Positions 1-14,281 of a DNA stretch of 64,000 nt are shown here, in pieces (the first letter of the stretch is position 1; the number at the start of each line of letters is the position of its first letter). Source of the stretch: Vicugna vicugna (lineage: Eukaryota); the NCBI GenBank assembly GCA_013265495.1, contig MU058636.1, positions 3,521,967-3,585,966 of the forward strand. The letters run 5' to 3'. The notes under the pieces were generated by a model. It ran no database searches, was not told where the DNA came from, and was given only the letters and a program-made list of their open reading frames with translations. The position numbers were made by a program, and so were the translations under genes.

Positions 1-3000
1 ACGTGGTATACTTCTGATTTGTGTGCAGCTTTCTTGTTCAAGCACTATATTAAAATGCTCAGCTTCCTACACTTGTAGGGACAATGAGAATAAAAGCAGT
101 TTTGGTTACTTCGTATCAAAGGAAGTTCATTCCGATTATTAAGTGTTTTGTTAAATGCCCATCTTTTTGTGCAACTGTGCTAGGTGCTTTACCAAGATGC
201 ATCGAATAGGTAAGGCCCATGCTCCTTGGAGTAACTATATATTACATATTTTCTGGAAGAGTTCTGATTTCACACAATTCCCTCTTCTTAAATAAAGGCA
301 ATTTTCATTTTCATATCCTTATAAGATTTTTCATATAAATTACTTCTCAAAAAATAGTATCACAAGTCTTTCAAAATAGTCTTGTCCAAAAGTCAACCTC
401 ATGAATGTGTGTATTCTTATAAATTATATTTTCATTAATTCAAATGTAAAAAAGCAAGAATAGCTGGAAGGTGGTAGAAAAATCTTATTCTAACCAGAAA
501 TGCAGTCATAAGGAAATTGTTGACATGTATAGACATCTTATTCTGTATTGTTTTACTTCTGATTATGGTTGTAAAGCATTCTTCCAGGATTAACAAAAAA
601 TGACTAAGTTCTTTAATTAAGCTCAAGAATGAAACTCCACTTTTAATAGATGGCATAGTATCTTGTGGTTTTGAAGCCACAAACAGGTTAATGAAAAACA
701 TTTAAATCCTTTCAAGTCTGGAGAAAACTGAGATTGTCTAAGCAGAGAATAAAATCAGTTTAAGACTAGTAAGAAAATAAATAAATTTGAGTATTGTATT
801 TTTTAAGTTTTATTTTACATATTTTTATAGTAATAATAGTTAATATTCACATTCCAATCATTTTAGTGAGTTCTCTACACATATTTTAAAATGAAAAATG
901 GCTTATACTGGCTCTCAGTAAATTTAGTGTATCCTAAGTCTAGCTGACCACGAGACTGCACCTGAAACTGCTTCTGTATTGATATGTACCTGGATAGAAG
1001 GTGTTACTTGGGAGGAAATAACATAGCTTCTGACCTAGTTCTGCAGGCTTATGATGTGAGAGTAAGCATGACTTCAAAGAACTGACTTTGAGTAAAAATT
1101 TAAAAGGATGAATATGATGTCACCAGGTATGAAAAGATTCTAGGACTGTTCACGAGTATTAGGGGTAAGTCGTGCTGATAAACACTCCAATCAGGAAGTA
1201 CCTTTCTTTCATCATGCAAGTCAGCAACAGACTGCACGGACACATAAGAGATAAAGTGTCCATCTTGGCCTTTTGAGACTCTTCAATTACATCTTGTAAT
1301 GACATAAGAATTTAATTTTGAAAGCAATTCTAAATGCAAATTCTCCACTTCACTGATAGAAATTGAACTATGTACTATAAAAATTAAAAAATTAAATATC
1401 TAATTAGCATTATACTAGCAAAGACAAATTTAGAATTCAAGACTTCACAATCATGTAAGATTATTTTAATGTAATTCTGTTAATTAACTGAAATTTCCTT
1501 TAAATTTTTTTACATCTTTTATTTCTCAAAACACTTTTCTAATATTTCACTAGAGCATGGTATCACAAGAGTAAATCTCATATCAAAGAACTTTGCTAAT
1601 TCTGTGTCTCTGGCATAAGGTTTAAGGAAAAAAAGAAAGTAATTTTCAAAAACTTTTGCTTTCCCTAACTCCTGAAACCACTCTTGAGAATAAGTATTTA
1701 TAGATATTATTTGAAAATTTGGATTGACAGAGACCTGGAATATGTGTCATGGATTTTATCAAAACTGCAAACAGTTTCATTAGAAAAGCACAGAGGCCTC
1801 CCACACTCATGGTTTAATCTCACAATCACCTAGATATCTATCAACAAAACTCTAAGCAGTTGTTAACTACAGATGCCAAGGTCTGACAGTTTCACTTTCA
1901 GTTTTCAGAATATCTACTGTTTCAGTGGTATAAGAACATCACTTGAATCTCTACAAAATAATTAGTTATAATTGAACCTTCCATTAGATTTAGTACTAGA
2001 GAAATCTAGAAGACCAATTCATTAATTATGGAACTTGACAGAGAATTCTTCTGAGGGGGTCTGAATTTCAAGTGAAGGCATCTTTGCAAGTTAGGCTCAA
2101 CTCCTCATTACTCTGTGATGCAGGCTCCTCCAAATGGCAGCAGAAATGTATTACTGTCTAGAAATTCTAGAGTGGTGCTAAAATTTTATGATTCTGTTGA
2201 GATAAGGACAAATTAGAAGAAATATATTCTTAGAAAAATAGTATTATGTAAAATAAAAATGCTGTCATGATTGCTTACCAGGATAGCATCTCTAAACAGT
2301 AAGTTCTTTAAGATTTTCTGTAATTATTTAGATATTAGAATTGTTGTTTTTTCAGTGAGAAAAAAATAAGTGAGTTGTTTCAAAGTATGACATTTTTGTG
2401 TATAATTCAACAAAGATTAACATATATAATTAGTAGACTGATATACTCAAATACAAGTATGTTTGATAAGCTTTTGGTGATGTACAAAATATACCAATTG
2501 TAAAAAACAACTATTCAAAACTTCATGCTACCACAGTGACCAAATTAATATTGGAGGGGAAAGACAGTCAAGAGATTCTAGCATTTTCCAAAAGTAAGGA
2601 TCCAAAGATGAACGGTAAAATCAGTAATCATGTTCTAGACGATCAGACATGTGGGTCTAGGACTGATGGGTGGAAGGGGAAAATAATGAATATACCAATG
2701 GACACAGTGAATTTGAGATGCCCAAGATGCCAGTAGGATATTCTTCAACGTTCATCTCACAAGTCATCTCCCCTGTGAAACCCTGCCAAATACTCCCAAC
2801 TCCAGATGGAATTAATTTCTCTTCTGGGATCAACAGCATGTTGTATTTTGGTCATACCATGGCTGTATTTTGGCCATAGATATTTCTGTGATTGCATTAC
2901 TAGTTTATGGTTATTTATCCTCATGTTTTTTCTGTGGTGCCACTCATCTTTATCATAGCTGGTTACAAAGTTTTCTCTTCTCTTGTCCGTCTCCTCCTCC

Positions 3001-4679
3001 CCATTCCCACTGAAGATCTGTCTTACTGAGTTTCATATTCCTAGTGTCAACACAGCATCTATGCACAGATGACGCTCACTAAACAACTGCTAACTGAAAC
3101 CTCTGATAACAGCACCTTATTAATATAGTTCCCAGTCAAAATTTCTTCTTAATGTTTTACTTAATGAACAGAATGCATTCATTTGATAAACATTTATTGA
3201 GAACTTACTTGTTCTATGAACTATGCTAGGATGGGAATATTAAGATAAATATGATAAGCTCCCCAATCTATCAAAAGTCTTGATTAGTGCAGCATTACGG
3301 ATCAAGCTTTTCATTAAGTGCCTTCAGTGGTAGGATTATATATTTGGAATAACACATACTATGGATTGTGCCAAGATTCTGATCCCTCTGAAGCTATGCT
3401 TTGCCTATGTCATCATTTTGTTGAGGGCTCTCCTACTATGTCAAAAACAAATATATTTTTAATGATGCAAACTGCAGGTTATCTAGTCCTTTTACTTAAT
3501 GCTTGCATATACCCACAATTTGGTTTATTTTCGACATAACGTACTCTTTGTAATATGCATATATCACATCAAAATTGTTAATGGCATAGTACCAAAGTTG
3601 TGTCTTTTGGTGAACCAGACCTTAATTCTACCTTAATTGATATATTATAAATGCTGAGCAAGAATATCTTTATGGTATGCATATATTTATTATTATTTTA
3701 AATGTTAGCTTATATAATTTCAAACTATAGAGTTACAAAATGGGAAAAAAAGTCTTTTTATTATGTTATTAAGTCAAATTCATGCTTGTTTAGCCGGTAA
3801 AAAAACAAGAAGACAATTAATACACAAGCCCAAATGGTGGCTAAACCTGCTTTAGTTTTGTTTATTTTAAAAGTTTTGAAAGTGATAAATACAGAAAAGG
3901 CAGCTCATGTATTTTCAATGATAAGCACTGAAGAGGACATACTGGCACCACTGGCCATACTGACACCATTAAACTATTTGTGAGTCTAAAGGATCACATG
4001 ACATTTTTGGTACCTGCAACAGACTACCTGTTATACAGAGGGACTCTATTCAATTCATTAATGCCACCTACAATGCTGAAGTGCTTAGTACAGTGCTTTA
4101 CTTATAGTAAATACTCAATATTTACTTCATTAATTGAATTATAAGACAAATGGTCTGTTACTGACAGAAATTTTCTTCAGGGAGCCCATGAGGCTGAAGA
4201 CAATTTTGAAATCCTGTAAAAGAGCCAGCCACTCCTCTCCAAAAGTAATGAAGGCTGACAGTCTGAAGTCTGTAATAAGATAGTGACTTAACATTAATCC
4301 TCTAATAATATGGTATTGTGAAATTCCTAATACAGGGTTAGTCGATAGAAAAAACATGAAAGGAGTCACATTTAAAAATGTTTGCCCAAAGCCTAACAGA
4401 TGACCCTGACACCATGCTATTTACACTCTAAATAAGGTAAAAACAGAATCCCTATCTCGAAGCCCTTCTCCACTAGTCAATTTTATCATTATTCAAGGCC
4501 AACACGATTGGTCTCTCCTCTTAAAGTTTTAGACATTTTATATACTACTTCTTCCTTTCCTCAAATGCATACAGTAGCAAAATTCTGATGCTTCTTTCTC
4601 CAGTTTATTTAGTGTAATTTTTTACAACTTAGACCCAGTTTTCAACTCCCACAAATGGATTCAATTTGATATATTGTAA

Positions 4680-4830
4680 AAAGCATGGGATTTAAGTCAA
4701 GAGGCTTGGGAGACCTAAATTCTGGCTCTGCCTGCATCATGAAAGATACAAATCCCTAGGCTTTGCAAGGCTTCAGCTTCCTTGTTTGTAGAATGAGGGG
4801 ATTGTAAAATCATCTCTCTGGTCCTGTTAG
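4680..4830 (+). mobile_element. MIR/MIR3 SINE remnant
   Basis: agtcaagagg...aaattctggctctgcc...cagcttccttgtttgtagaatgagggg resembles the MIR core. Confidence 0.55.
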
Positions 4831-5330
4831 GCAATAAAAGGCTAGGATTCTGTGACTGTTTCCTTTTCTCATCTAAGAACACAAATCTGACACACAGGAG
4901 GCTGCAGACTCTGAGTGTTAACGATTCCTTCTGCTTGATTCAGGGACAGAGGCGCACTTCCTGCATCTCCCCTTGTGGCTCTTCTGCTTACTTTGTGAGT
5001 GTTTTCCATTTGGGGCAGCACTACTTCTCTTTTCATTCTACCTGTTTTCTCTAGGTGATCAGACCCAATCTGTGGCTTCAACTACCATTAGACACCGAAG
5101 TCTCGCCTCACATCAGCATTGCCAACCACCTCCCGGATGCTTTCCAGGTGCTTCTGATTTACTATAACCCCAACTGAACTGTTACTCCCTGCCACACATT
5201 TGCTTTTTCTGTGTCCTCTGTGAGAAACCTGAGAGTCATCCTAAACTCTTCCTTCCCCCTTGCTTTCCACATCAAATCAATCACCAACTTGTGCTGACTT
5301 TATATCCTAAATATTTTCTGGAATCTTTGC

Positions 5331-5730
5331 TGTTAAGGACTGAGCGTTTGTGCACCCCTCCCCGCAGTTCATTTATTGAAACCCTAATTCCTAGTGCGAC
5401 TGTATTTGGAGATGGGACTCCTCTAAGGAAGTAATTGAGGTTAAATGAGATCCTAAGTGTGGGGCCCTGATTCGACAGGGTTAGTGTCCTTCCAAGAGGT
5501 ATCAGAGAGCTTGCGCTCCCTTTCTTCTCCACACACACACCCCGAGAAGAGGCTAAGTGAAGTCACAGAGAAAAAGCAGCCAACTACAAGCCAGAAAGAG
5601 AGCCCTCCTAAAACCCAACCCCGACAGCAACTTGACCTTGTACTTCTGGCCTCCAGAGCTGTGAAAAGATAAATTTCTATTGTTAGGCCACCCAGTCTGT
5701 GGCGCTGTGCTCTGGCAGCCAGAGCAGACT
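5331..5730 (+). mobile_element. MLT1A-type MaLR solo LTR
   Basis: tg..ggactgagcgtttgtg; gtatttggagatggg; gtaattgaggttaaatgag; acttctggcctccagagctgtgaaaagataaatttctattgtt. Confidence 0.85.
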
Positions 5731-5829
5731 TCTCCCCGCCTGCTACCAGCACCCCAGGGCAGCTCATCATAATCTCCTCCCTTTGGTCTGGCTACTCTCT
5801 CATGTGCCCAGCAGTGTATCACTGTGGGT

Positions 5830-6030
5830 CAGTCAGATCACTGCGGACTGAGTCCTTGCTCTGCCACTGACTATGTAAACTTGAGCAAGTTACTTAATCT
5901 GTGTCAGTAACCTCCCTGTAAAGTGAGACTACTAACAGTAGAGTTGTTTCGACACAGTAGTACATGTAAAATGCTTACAACAGTGCTTGGCATATTACAG
6001 TCACTCAATAAGAGTTAGCTGTTATTATCT
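5830..6030 (+). mobile_element. MIR SINE
   Basis: gctctgccactgactatgtaaacttgagcaagttacttaatct...aaaatgcttacaacagtgcttggcata...ctcaataagagttagctgttattat. Confidence 0.8.
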
Positions 6031-6649
6031 TCTACATTATCAGAATAAGCCACTGGAACCACAAGTCAGTCTTATGTTTTAATAAAAACCCTTCACTGGG
6101 CTGCCCACCAATAACAGGATAAAGTCCAGGCTCTCTGGTGTGACTTATGGGCTCCATACAAACCTGCGAGTTCCATGATAGGAACTCACGTGAACCTTCC
6201 ACTCCTACCCTGGGCTCATTCGTATGGCTCCTCACCCCACAGTGCTCCAGCAACGCTGAACTCCACGTAGTTCCCCGCAGTTCCCCAATTCTCCTGCTTT
6301 CCTCTGCCCTCTGCCCGTAATGCCCCTTGTCCTTCGCTTTCCCTGGGCACCTCCTATTCATTGCTCTATATTCCACTTGGATGTGTCCTTCCCAGGAAGC
6401 CTTGGGAACCCCTCAGTCTAGGTTATGAACCTCTCATCTTTGCTCCTTTCATACTTCATGCAAGCCTTTGTCATAGCACTTAACCATTATACTACTGAAG
6501 TGTATTGTCTATTGTCTTTGTTTCCCACTGGAGAGAAAGCTTAAGATCAGAGACCATTTCTTATTCTTTTTTGTATCACAGTATTTAACAACATGATATA
6601 CAGTTAACATTCAATAAATGTCTGACAAACTCAATGGAATTGAACTCTG

Positions 6650-7335
6650 AAATTCAGACCATTTTTTCCACACTTATCACTGTGAACTTAGTTCAAGTTT
6701 TTATTTCTCATTTGAAGCAATGCGAAGAATTTCATGTCTCTAGTATCTTTTTTCTTCTTACCATCCTTTGAACAGCTGACAGAATTGTCATCTTAAAACA
6801 CAAATATCTTATCTTACATGTGCTAGCTTCAAAACCTCTTTGGGCTTCTCACTACATAAGAACAAAGTCTAATCTCCTCCTCCAAAGCACAAAGGTCTCC
6901 AATCTACCTCCGCCTCATTTGTCTTTACGCTCCTGAACTCCAGCTACACTGAATTTCTTACAGTTACTGGAACAAGTTCCACTCTTTCAAACCTCCTGCC
7001 TGTGCATACACAGGTCCCTTTGCCAGGAATGCCCTTCTCTCTTATATCTGGAAAATTCTCATTCATTCTATATAACCTGTTTTTCATAAGCGTACCAAGT
7101 CTTTCTTAAATTCCTGCTGAGAATTAGTTGCTTGCTCCTCTCTGTTCCCACAGGACATTTTTTAATCCTTACATTATAATACTAAAACTTACTATAACTT
7201 GGTCTGTCTTATCTATTTGAGTTCAAAGGCAAGGACTGAATCATACTCATCTCTGTATATCCTGAGACTTAGAACTGCATCTGACATATAGTAAGCACTC
7301 AATATGTACAAACATTTAATAATAAATTAATAAAC
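6650..7335 (+). mobile_element. L2 LINE 3' region
   Basis: aagaacaaagtctaatctcct...ctccagctacactgaatt...aaaggcaaggact...catatagtaagcactcaata. Confidence 0.7.
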
Positions 7336-8664
7336 AGAATAGCTAGAAGAAAATGAGAAGAACCTCTGGCTTACTGAATATTGTACTGTCATACTAAGAA
7401 TATATACTGAGTAAAATCTTTAGATAACTGTTTTTCAAACTGTAGGTCATGACCCATTTAAAAAATTCAAATAATAGAAAACCTCAGACAGCATCACCTA
7501 CAGTAAGGGTAGGTACTAGTTCACACAGCTTTTGTGTCAGTTACCTGTATGTATGTGTGTGTGTGCTGGGTTGAAATGCAAATTGCTTTTGCCACTGTGG
7601 AGTACAGGTTTACAGAACAGCTTGGAAAACACTGCATGTGGTCATTTCTTAATGTAGTATGATTTATTATTTTTTTGTAATGACCCCATCTATAGTATAA
7701 TGCCAACCACATAGAGTTTGGGGAACATTCAATGAGATGTGAAAATGTGTTAGGCAGACTTGAGCTCACATCATAGCTCATGGTAATAACTTACAAAACT
7801 TTTCCTAAACAAATCTATTGTATTTATTTAATTCAATTACTCCTTTTAAATATTTCAGTGCTGTATGTGGCAGTATGAGAGAAGAAGAGGTATTTCAGTA
7901 ACATTGTTAAAATCATTAGAAATCACAGGATATTTGGAATCACCTTGGGATCATGTTTGGACATTGGCTTTGGCTTGTTTTATTTATCAATTCATCCACT
8001 CACTCAAGTTAACTAAATCCGTAAGATTATAATTTACAAAAAATATTAATTTATTGATTTATAGTGAGTGATAATAATTCAGCCACAAAGATTTATTAGG
8101 CATCTCTCCTACATGTCAGGGAACGGCCTGTATATGCAGGAAAGCAGATGCCAACTGTTTATATTAGGCATCTTTTCCTAGAGAAAGGGTATCCTCAGGA
8201 GCCACTGCCTAGCACCACGCCTTGCATGTAACAGACATTTAACAACTATTAGATGCATAAAATTAGAGACTAGAATGATACACAGGGGCAGAAAGACAGT
8301 AAAGTTGGAGAGACAACAATAGGTTTTTATCTATTTCTCATACATTTCCATGTAGCTAATCGCCACTGGTCATCATAATTGAGACACCCTTACCCTGGAA
8401 ATCACCGGCTATATAGACATTCTTCCTCTTCAGCATTTCTATTGTAGACGATGCAGATGCATAGCAGTATGTCTACCTGCCTAATAAAAAAAAAGTTTTT
8501 TTTTTTAATGAAAGAATCAAATCCAAGAACTGAAACTTGTCATTTAGATTACTTAGAGGACTGGGTATATGATGGCTCCTTCTAATCATATTCCATATAT
8601 AGCACAGCCCAGCTTTTGATTAGAGCTGAACAGTGTAACAAGTTTGACTTACAAAGGCCTACAG

Positions 8665-9253
8665 AAAGGTTTAGCAAACAATGGCTCATGGGCCAAATCT
8701 TGCCTGCTGCTGGTTTTTGTAAAGTTTTGTTAGAACAAAGCCATTCCCACTCATATCTGTATTGTCGATGGCTGTTTTCACACTACAACAGCAGAACTGG
8801 GTAGCTGTGGCAGAGGCCATATGGCCCCCAAAGACTGAAATATTTATCACCTAGCCCTGTATTAGTAAGCTTGGGCTGCTATAACAAAACAGCACCATTA
8901 ACTGGGTAACCTATAAACAACAGAAATTCATTTCTCACTGTTCTGGAGGCTGGAATCAGGGAGCTGGCATGGCTGGGCTCTGGAGAGAGCCCTCTTCCCA
9001 TTGCAGATTGCCGACTTCTTGCTGTATCCTCACATGGTGGAGAGCAGAGAGGAAGCAAGCTCTCTGACTCTTACAAGGGCACTAATCCCACTCATGAGGA
9101 CTCTGCTCTCACAACCTCATCTAATCGTAATTATCTTCCAAAGACCCTACCTCCTAATTCCATCATGTGTGGGGTAGGGTTTCAACACATGGATTGGGGG
9201 GACACAAACATTCGATCCACAACAGATCCTTTACAGACAGTTTGCTGATCCTT
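8665..9253 (+). mobile_element. MER58A hAT transposon split by an LTR
   Basis: Terminal motifs ggtttagcaaac / agtttgctgatcc and the internal MER58A-like aaagttttgttagaacaaagcca...tatggcccccaaagactgaaatattta. Confidence 0.85.
8858..9224 (-). mobile_element. MLT1A-type MaLR solo LTR inside MER58A
   Basis: TG...CA ends (tgtattagt...ccacaaca), aacagaaattcatttctcactgttctggaggctgg; degraded 5-bp TSD agccc/gatcc. Confidence 0.85.
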
Positions 9254-10099
9254 AGAGAGTACAAGCATCCTATGTCGCTGACTAAGAGCAGAACCACATG
9301 TACTAGAAGCCAGACAAGCAGGTTAATAATCTCTGATGGAAACTGAGGTTCCTAATCAGGAGTCTTGCTTTGATAGAAGGCCATCTTAACTCAGCGAGGA
9401 GGGAGACACCTGCAGGCAAAGTCGGAATTTTCTGCAGGAAGAAGTTTTGAGTTCACTTCAGCGTGTGAACAAGTGCTCAGTTATGTATTTTATCTGTTAA
9501 CCATGCTTGTACAGATGGCTCTCCCTGGCAAACGCTGCTTTTTTTCAAAAAGCTCCAAGACCTTCTGGGAAGGTGGGGGAGATGGGAGAAAAAGTGTCTC
9601 AGGACTTGCTGACGGGACTTTCACGATTTTCAACAGAATTACCATACCATGACAGAACTAAAGGGCATCACTGTGGTAGCCAACAGCAAGAAGGTAGAGC
9701 AAAATAAGACATGAGTGACAGAAGTGGGGGGTTTAGAACTATGGTGCTCTGAAGTGGTGTGTTTCAGTAGGCAAGGAGCTGGACACTTAAACAAGAAGAC
9801 ATATAAGAATGTTGATAAAACCACCGCCTCTACTGGAAGTGGCACAACTTGTCCTTGTTTCTTTAATTTTGCAATCAAAACTCTTGAAAAACTCTTTGCA
9901 AAATACACTATTGTTAAATAGAAATAAAATTAATTTTATGTATCTTTTAGGTGGTTAAACACACACACACACACCCCCCCCAAAATGGGAAGAAGCAATG
10001 AAGAATTATCATCCAAGAAGGCAGGCACATAACTGCTTAAATCAATGTGTGTATTGTTACCTAACATGGCACTTTGTCAGGAGAGGCACCTAATAAATG

Positions 10100-10870
10100 T
10101 TTCTGCTGAATATGATGAGTCCCTTTCCCTCACAACCCACATCCAATCCGCCAGCAGATCCTGAATCTAACCATCTTCCACCAGCTCCACTGTTAAAACT
10201 CAGTCTGAACTATCAGTGTCTCACTTAGACCACTGCAGATGGCTCAGGACGAGTCTTCCTGCCCCTGTTTCACACAGCATTCAGACTGATGTTTCGAAGC
10301 ACAAATCTAATCATGTCCCTTCTCTGATTAACACTCTTCAATGGATTCCTATTAATCCAAGGTCTTTACCCCTGTAGACAACAAAATTCAAATAATCCCA
10401 ATTAACTGAACATCTACCATTCTATTCCCAGATTACTCCACATTCCAGTCACACTAGCCTCATCTTCCTGTTGCTAGCCAAACATCATCTTGCCACAAGA
10501 CATTTACACTTGCTCTTTTCTCTAACTTGAACCTCCTTCACCCATTATTCAGCCTTAAATCAAGGTTACCTCAGAGGCTTTTCTTGACCACCCAGCAGAA
10601 GTAGTTACCCCAGTCGCACTATACTACATTATTCCATTTTATTTTCCTCACAGTACTTGTTAATATTATGCTAAGTACTAAGTAGTACTATATTAGGTAC
10701 TTAGTGCTCACTGCTTTGCTAGCTAGTGTGTGCTTGCTGTCTCTCCCTCCACCCCGTAAAATGTAAGCATTACTTGAGGGCAGACATAGTTTCACTCCTG
10801 TGTCTTCACTGTACCTAAAACAGTGCTTGGAGCATAGCAGTGCTTATTAAAAAAAATGTGTTGATTGACT
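10100..10870 (+). mobile_element. L2 LINE 3' region
   Basis: cccacatccaatccgccagcagatcctg...ttgagggcag...acctaaaacagtgcttggagcatagcagtgct...tgtgttgattga. Confidence 0.7.
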
Positions 10871-11372
10871 ATCTACAAAACATTCTACTTAGATCATTTC
10901 ATTTTCTCAGCAAAACACATATGCTTTAAAATGTAATTAATTAAACACTGCTATCTTGCAGGTACTTTCCAGTTACATATTGATTACTGGTCAACCAGAG
11001 GCATTACACTGGAAAGCGTTTTAGCAACTGGATAGCTTCTAAAATTGCTTACAGTAGCACAAGTTTGTCTAGTAACATGTATTCATGACTAGGTAGAACA
11101 ACTTGAACTCTTTCATTTATAAAAAAACAACGAAATGCTGAAAGTCCAGTATAAAGAAAAGTATACAGCTGATTCTGCAGAACCTTTAAAGTATAAATAT
11201 TTCTTTTAATATCACAAAGCTCTAATATCTACAGGTGTAAGACTGACTGATAACTCAATCTCATCAAAATACAAATAGACAAATATGCTCTACTCATCCC
11301 CTGCCTAAGGGGAAAACCTGTCTGGTGACTTCTCATCTCCACCTGTCTACCCACTTTTCTACTTTTTTCAGG

Positions 11373-11721
11373 TTTTTTTTTTTAATTGAAGTATAGTTGA
11401 TTTATAATATTAGTTTCAGGTGTACAATATAGTGATTCAATATTTTTACAGATTACACTCCAGTTAAAGTTATTCTAATACTGGCTACATTCCCTGTGCT
11501 GTAAAATATGTCCTTGTAGCTTATTTATTTCACATATAGTACTTTGTGCTTCTCATCCCTCTACTCCTTTCTGACCCCTTCCCACTTCCCTCTCCGCACA
11601 GGTACTAGAGTTGTTCTGTGAGTTGTTGTCTATTTTGTAATACTTATTCATTAGTTTTATTTTTTAGATTCCCCATGTGTGACAACATACAGTTTTGTCT
11701 TTCTCTGTCTGATTTATTTCC
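11373..11721 (-). mobile_element. L1 3' end (artiodactyl-type)
   Basis: Poly-T followed by aattgaagtatagttgatttataatattagtttcaggtgtaca...tttttagattcc...tctttctctgtctgatttatttca. Confidence 0.8.
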
Positions 11722-12330
11722 ACCCATGTTGCTGCACCCAACTGTCTTCTCTTGCCAGCAAAACTTCTCAAGATAATTGCCTGTTTCTCCTTGATCCTCT
11801 TACCCGAAGCCTACTCCAACAGGGCATCAGTTCTCACCCTTCCTCTACCAAAACTACTTTTATGAGGGCCATCAATGGTGTCCATGTTGATAAATCCAAT
11901 GGACATTTCCTGTCCTCATCCTACCCATCTCACAGAAGCATTGGACATAACTGATAATTCCCTCCTTGAAACATTCCCCTCTTGGCTTTTAAAACTACAC
12001 AACTCTACTATTTTCCTTCTCTTTCCTTGGCCAGTTCTTCTATTGGCTTTTCTTTCTCTAATTTAGTGCTAAATACAACTCAAGGATTGGATCCATTCCC
12101 TTCTCCCTCACTGTGCTTCTCTCCTGGGTGATCTCATTCAGTCTCATGTCTTTAATGCCATCTATATGCTGAAAACACTGCTACATCCCGATTTCTTTCC
12201 TAGCCTCTCTTTAATTAAACCAGTTGACATATCATAGGCAACTCAAACAATGTGTGTAAAAAAAAACCTTGCCTTTCTCTCCTTAACCTGTCCGACCTCC
12301 TTCAATTAATAACACTATCATTCTGTATTC
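11722..12330 (+). mobile_element. L2 LINE remnant
   Basis: catcaatggtgtccatgttgataaatccaatggacatt...ctgggtgatctcattcagtctcatg...ccatctatatgctga. Confidence 0.7.
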
Positions 12331-13260
12331 ATATATTGAATAAATGCTTGTTTCATAAGAATTGGTTGTAAATTTACTGAGAAGTCCTTGCTTATAATTT
12401 ATTGTGATTAAAATGTTAAATTTATTTTCTTTGAAAACTTCACCTTGTAGGATCAACATCAGGTAATATAACTTCCCTACTCTGTTAAAACTAGGGCTTC
12501 TTCTTGTACTCCATTTAGGATTATTTCTTTAAGCAACAGGCAAGAAGAGAGATTCCTGAACAGGGGCACAATATAATTAAAAACTAGGAAGTGGGACCGA
12601 GGAAGGCATATTAATGGGAGAGAAAGAAAGTTCTGCCTCTAGTATAAAAAAGAAAATAGATTAAAAGGTTTGGCCATTAAGTTAGAGCCAGGATACTAAT
12701 GAAGGCCTTAAAGTTGAGGCAAAGGGGCACAATGATATAGGCACCATAACATCGGAAATAGAAGATTTAAAAAATCAGAAAAGGGAATAACAAAGATTTG
12801 TAAATTTGACAGAGAGAACGGATTAAAACAGGAAGAACCTAGAGTTCAGGAAGCTAGCTAGAAGATCACATAGTGGTGAGGGCTTGGATTAAGACGGCAG
12901 CAGTAGATATCCAAGAGGAAATGCCAAATGCATCATTGGACACATGGTTGGCCGTATTAGCTATGAAGCACATGTTTGGTAAGAATAGATTCTGAAATCT
13001 TTAGACTGCAAATGGGCATCTATCTGGTCCCAAAATTTCATTAGAGAGTCCCTCTTTTCATAAAACTCAAAGAAATGGAGGCAAAATGTATAACTGTTTA
13101 AAAATGATTAATAAAAATTATCTTAAAGTAAATCAGAAGAGAAAAATATGTAATACTACTTTTAAAACTATGTGCTTCTCTCTCCTATGCCGCATTTTTG
13201 TTAAAAAAAAGAGTTTACTATTCTTTTCTAATTTATATACATATATACATACACATACAC

Positions 13261-13626
13261 ATCCTTAGTTCATGCCACTATACCATAACTAAGTGGTTAT
13301 GAGAACACTATAAGCTGAGTGGTTTAAAAACAAAAGAAATTTGCATCTCACAGTCCTGCAGGCTGGAAGTCCAAGATCAGGGGTCAGGCTCAGGTGAAGG
13401 CCCTCTTCTGGCTGCAGACTGCTACCTTCTTGTAGTCGCCTCCAGTGATGGAGAGCTAGAGAACTCTCTGGGATCTTTCTTAAATTGGAGTCCTAATCCC
13501 ATTCGGGAGGGCTACATCCTCATGATCTAATCACCTTCCAAAACCCCCCACCACCTACTATCACACTGTAGGTTAGGACTTCAATATACAAATTTTGGAC
13601 GGATACAAATATCCATTAAATAACCA
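13261..13626 (-). mobile_element. MLT1A-type MaLR solo LTR
   Basis: agaaatttgcatctcacagtcctgcaggctggaagtccaagatcagg...ctaatcccattc...ggttaggacttcaatata. Confidence 0.8.
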
Positions 13627-14093
13627 CCTCTAATTGTAAAGCTGAATGCCTGTTTTCCCACTGCTGTTGCATACATGAGAAGACTAAAGCCTGACAGTTT
13701 AAAGCTAAGGTCACAAAGACAGTAAGTAGAGGAGCCAGGAGTCAAAATGAGACCTGCTTCCTTCGATTCCCAAGACTTATTTCCACTATATTCAGAATGA
13801 AGTGGATGCATTCAAGAAATACTTAGAAGGTGAAATTTGAAAAGTGTGCAGCCCAGAAGGGAAGACAAGTTTGTAAACCTAAATTTTCCCATAGTAAAGT
13901 GCCAATAATAAAGGCAAATGCCAAAATAAAGGAAGAATCTAACACAGAAATTGGGAATGAACAGGACTGGCTGTAAATGCTTCTTGCATTAAATGACACA
14001 TGATATAAATCTTGAAGAATAAGCAGGCTTTAAGAAGGTAAGAAAGGAGAGAAAGCTGTGGTAGGCAGAGTGCAGAACAAAAGGCTCTAAGGA

Positions 14094-14281
14094 AGCACTA
14101 TCAAGCAGAAATTTTGCAGTGATGCAAATATCTGATATCTACACAGTCCAATAAGGTGGCTACTAAGTACTTGATATGTGGCAAGTGCAATAAGAACTGG
14201 AATTTTAATTTCATTTGGTGAATTTAAAATTAAATTGAAATGGCTACATGCAGGTAGTGGTTATTATACCAGACAATGCAA
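14094..14281. mobile_element. MER3-like hAT transposon
   Basis: agaaattttgcagtgatgcaaatat...gtacttgatatgtggc...ggctacatgcaggtagtggttattataccagacaatgca. Confidence 0.7.

Larger units (their letters stand above)
5040..6640 (+). mobile_element. L2 LINE 3' region interrupted by an MLT1A LTR and a MIR
   Basis: L2-like text (aaacctgagagtcatcct...atcaaatcaatcacc; cctaaatattttctggaatc) resumes after each insert and ends in the L2 tail tcaataaatgt...gaa. Confidence 0.7.
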
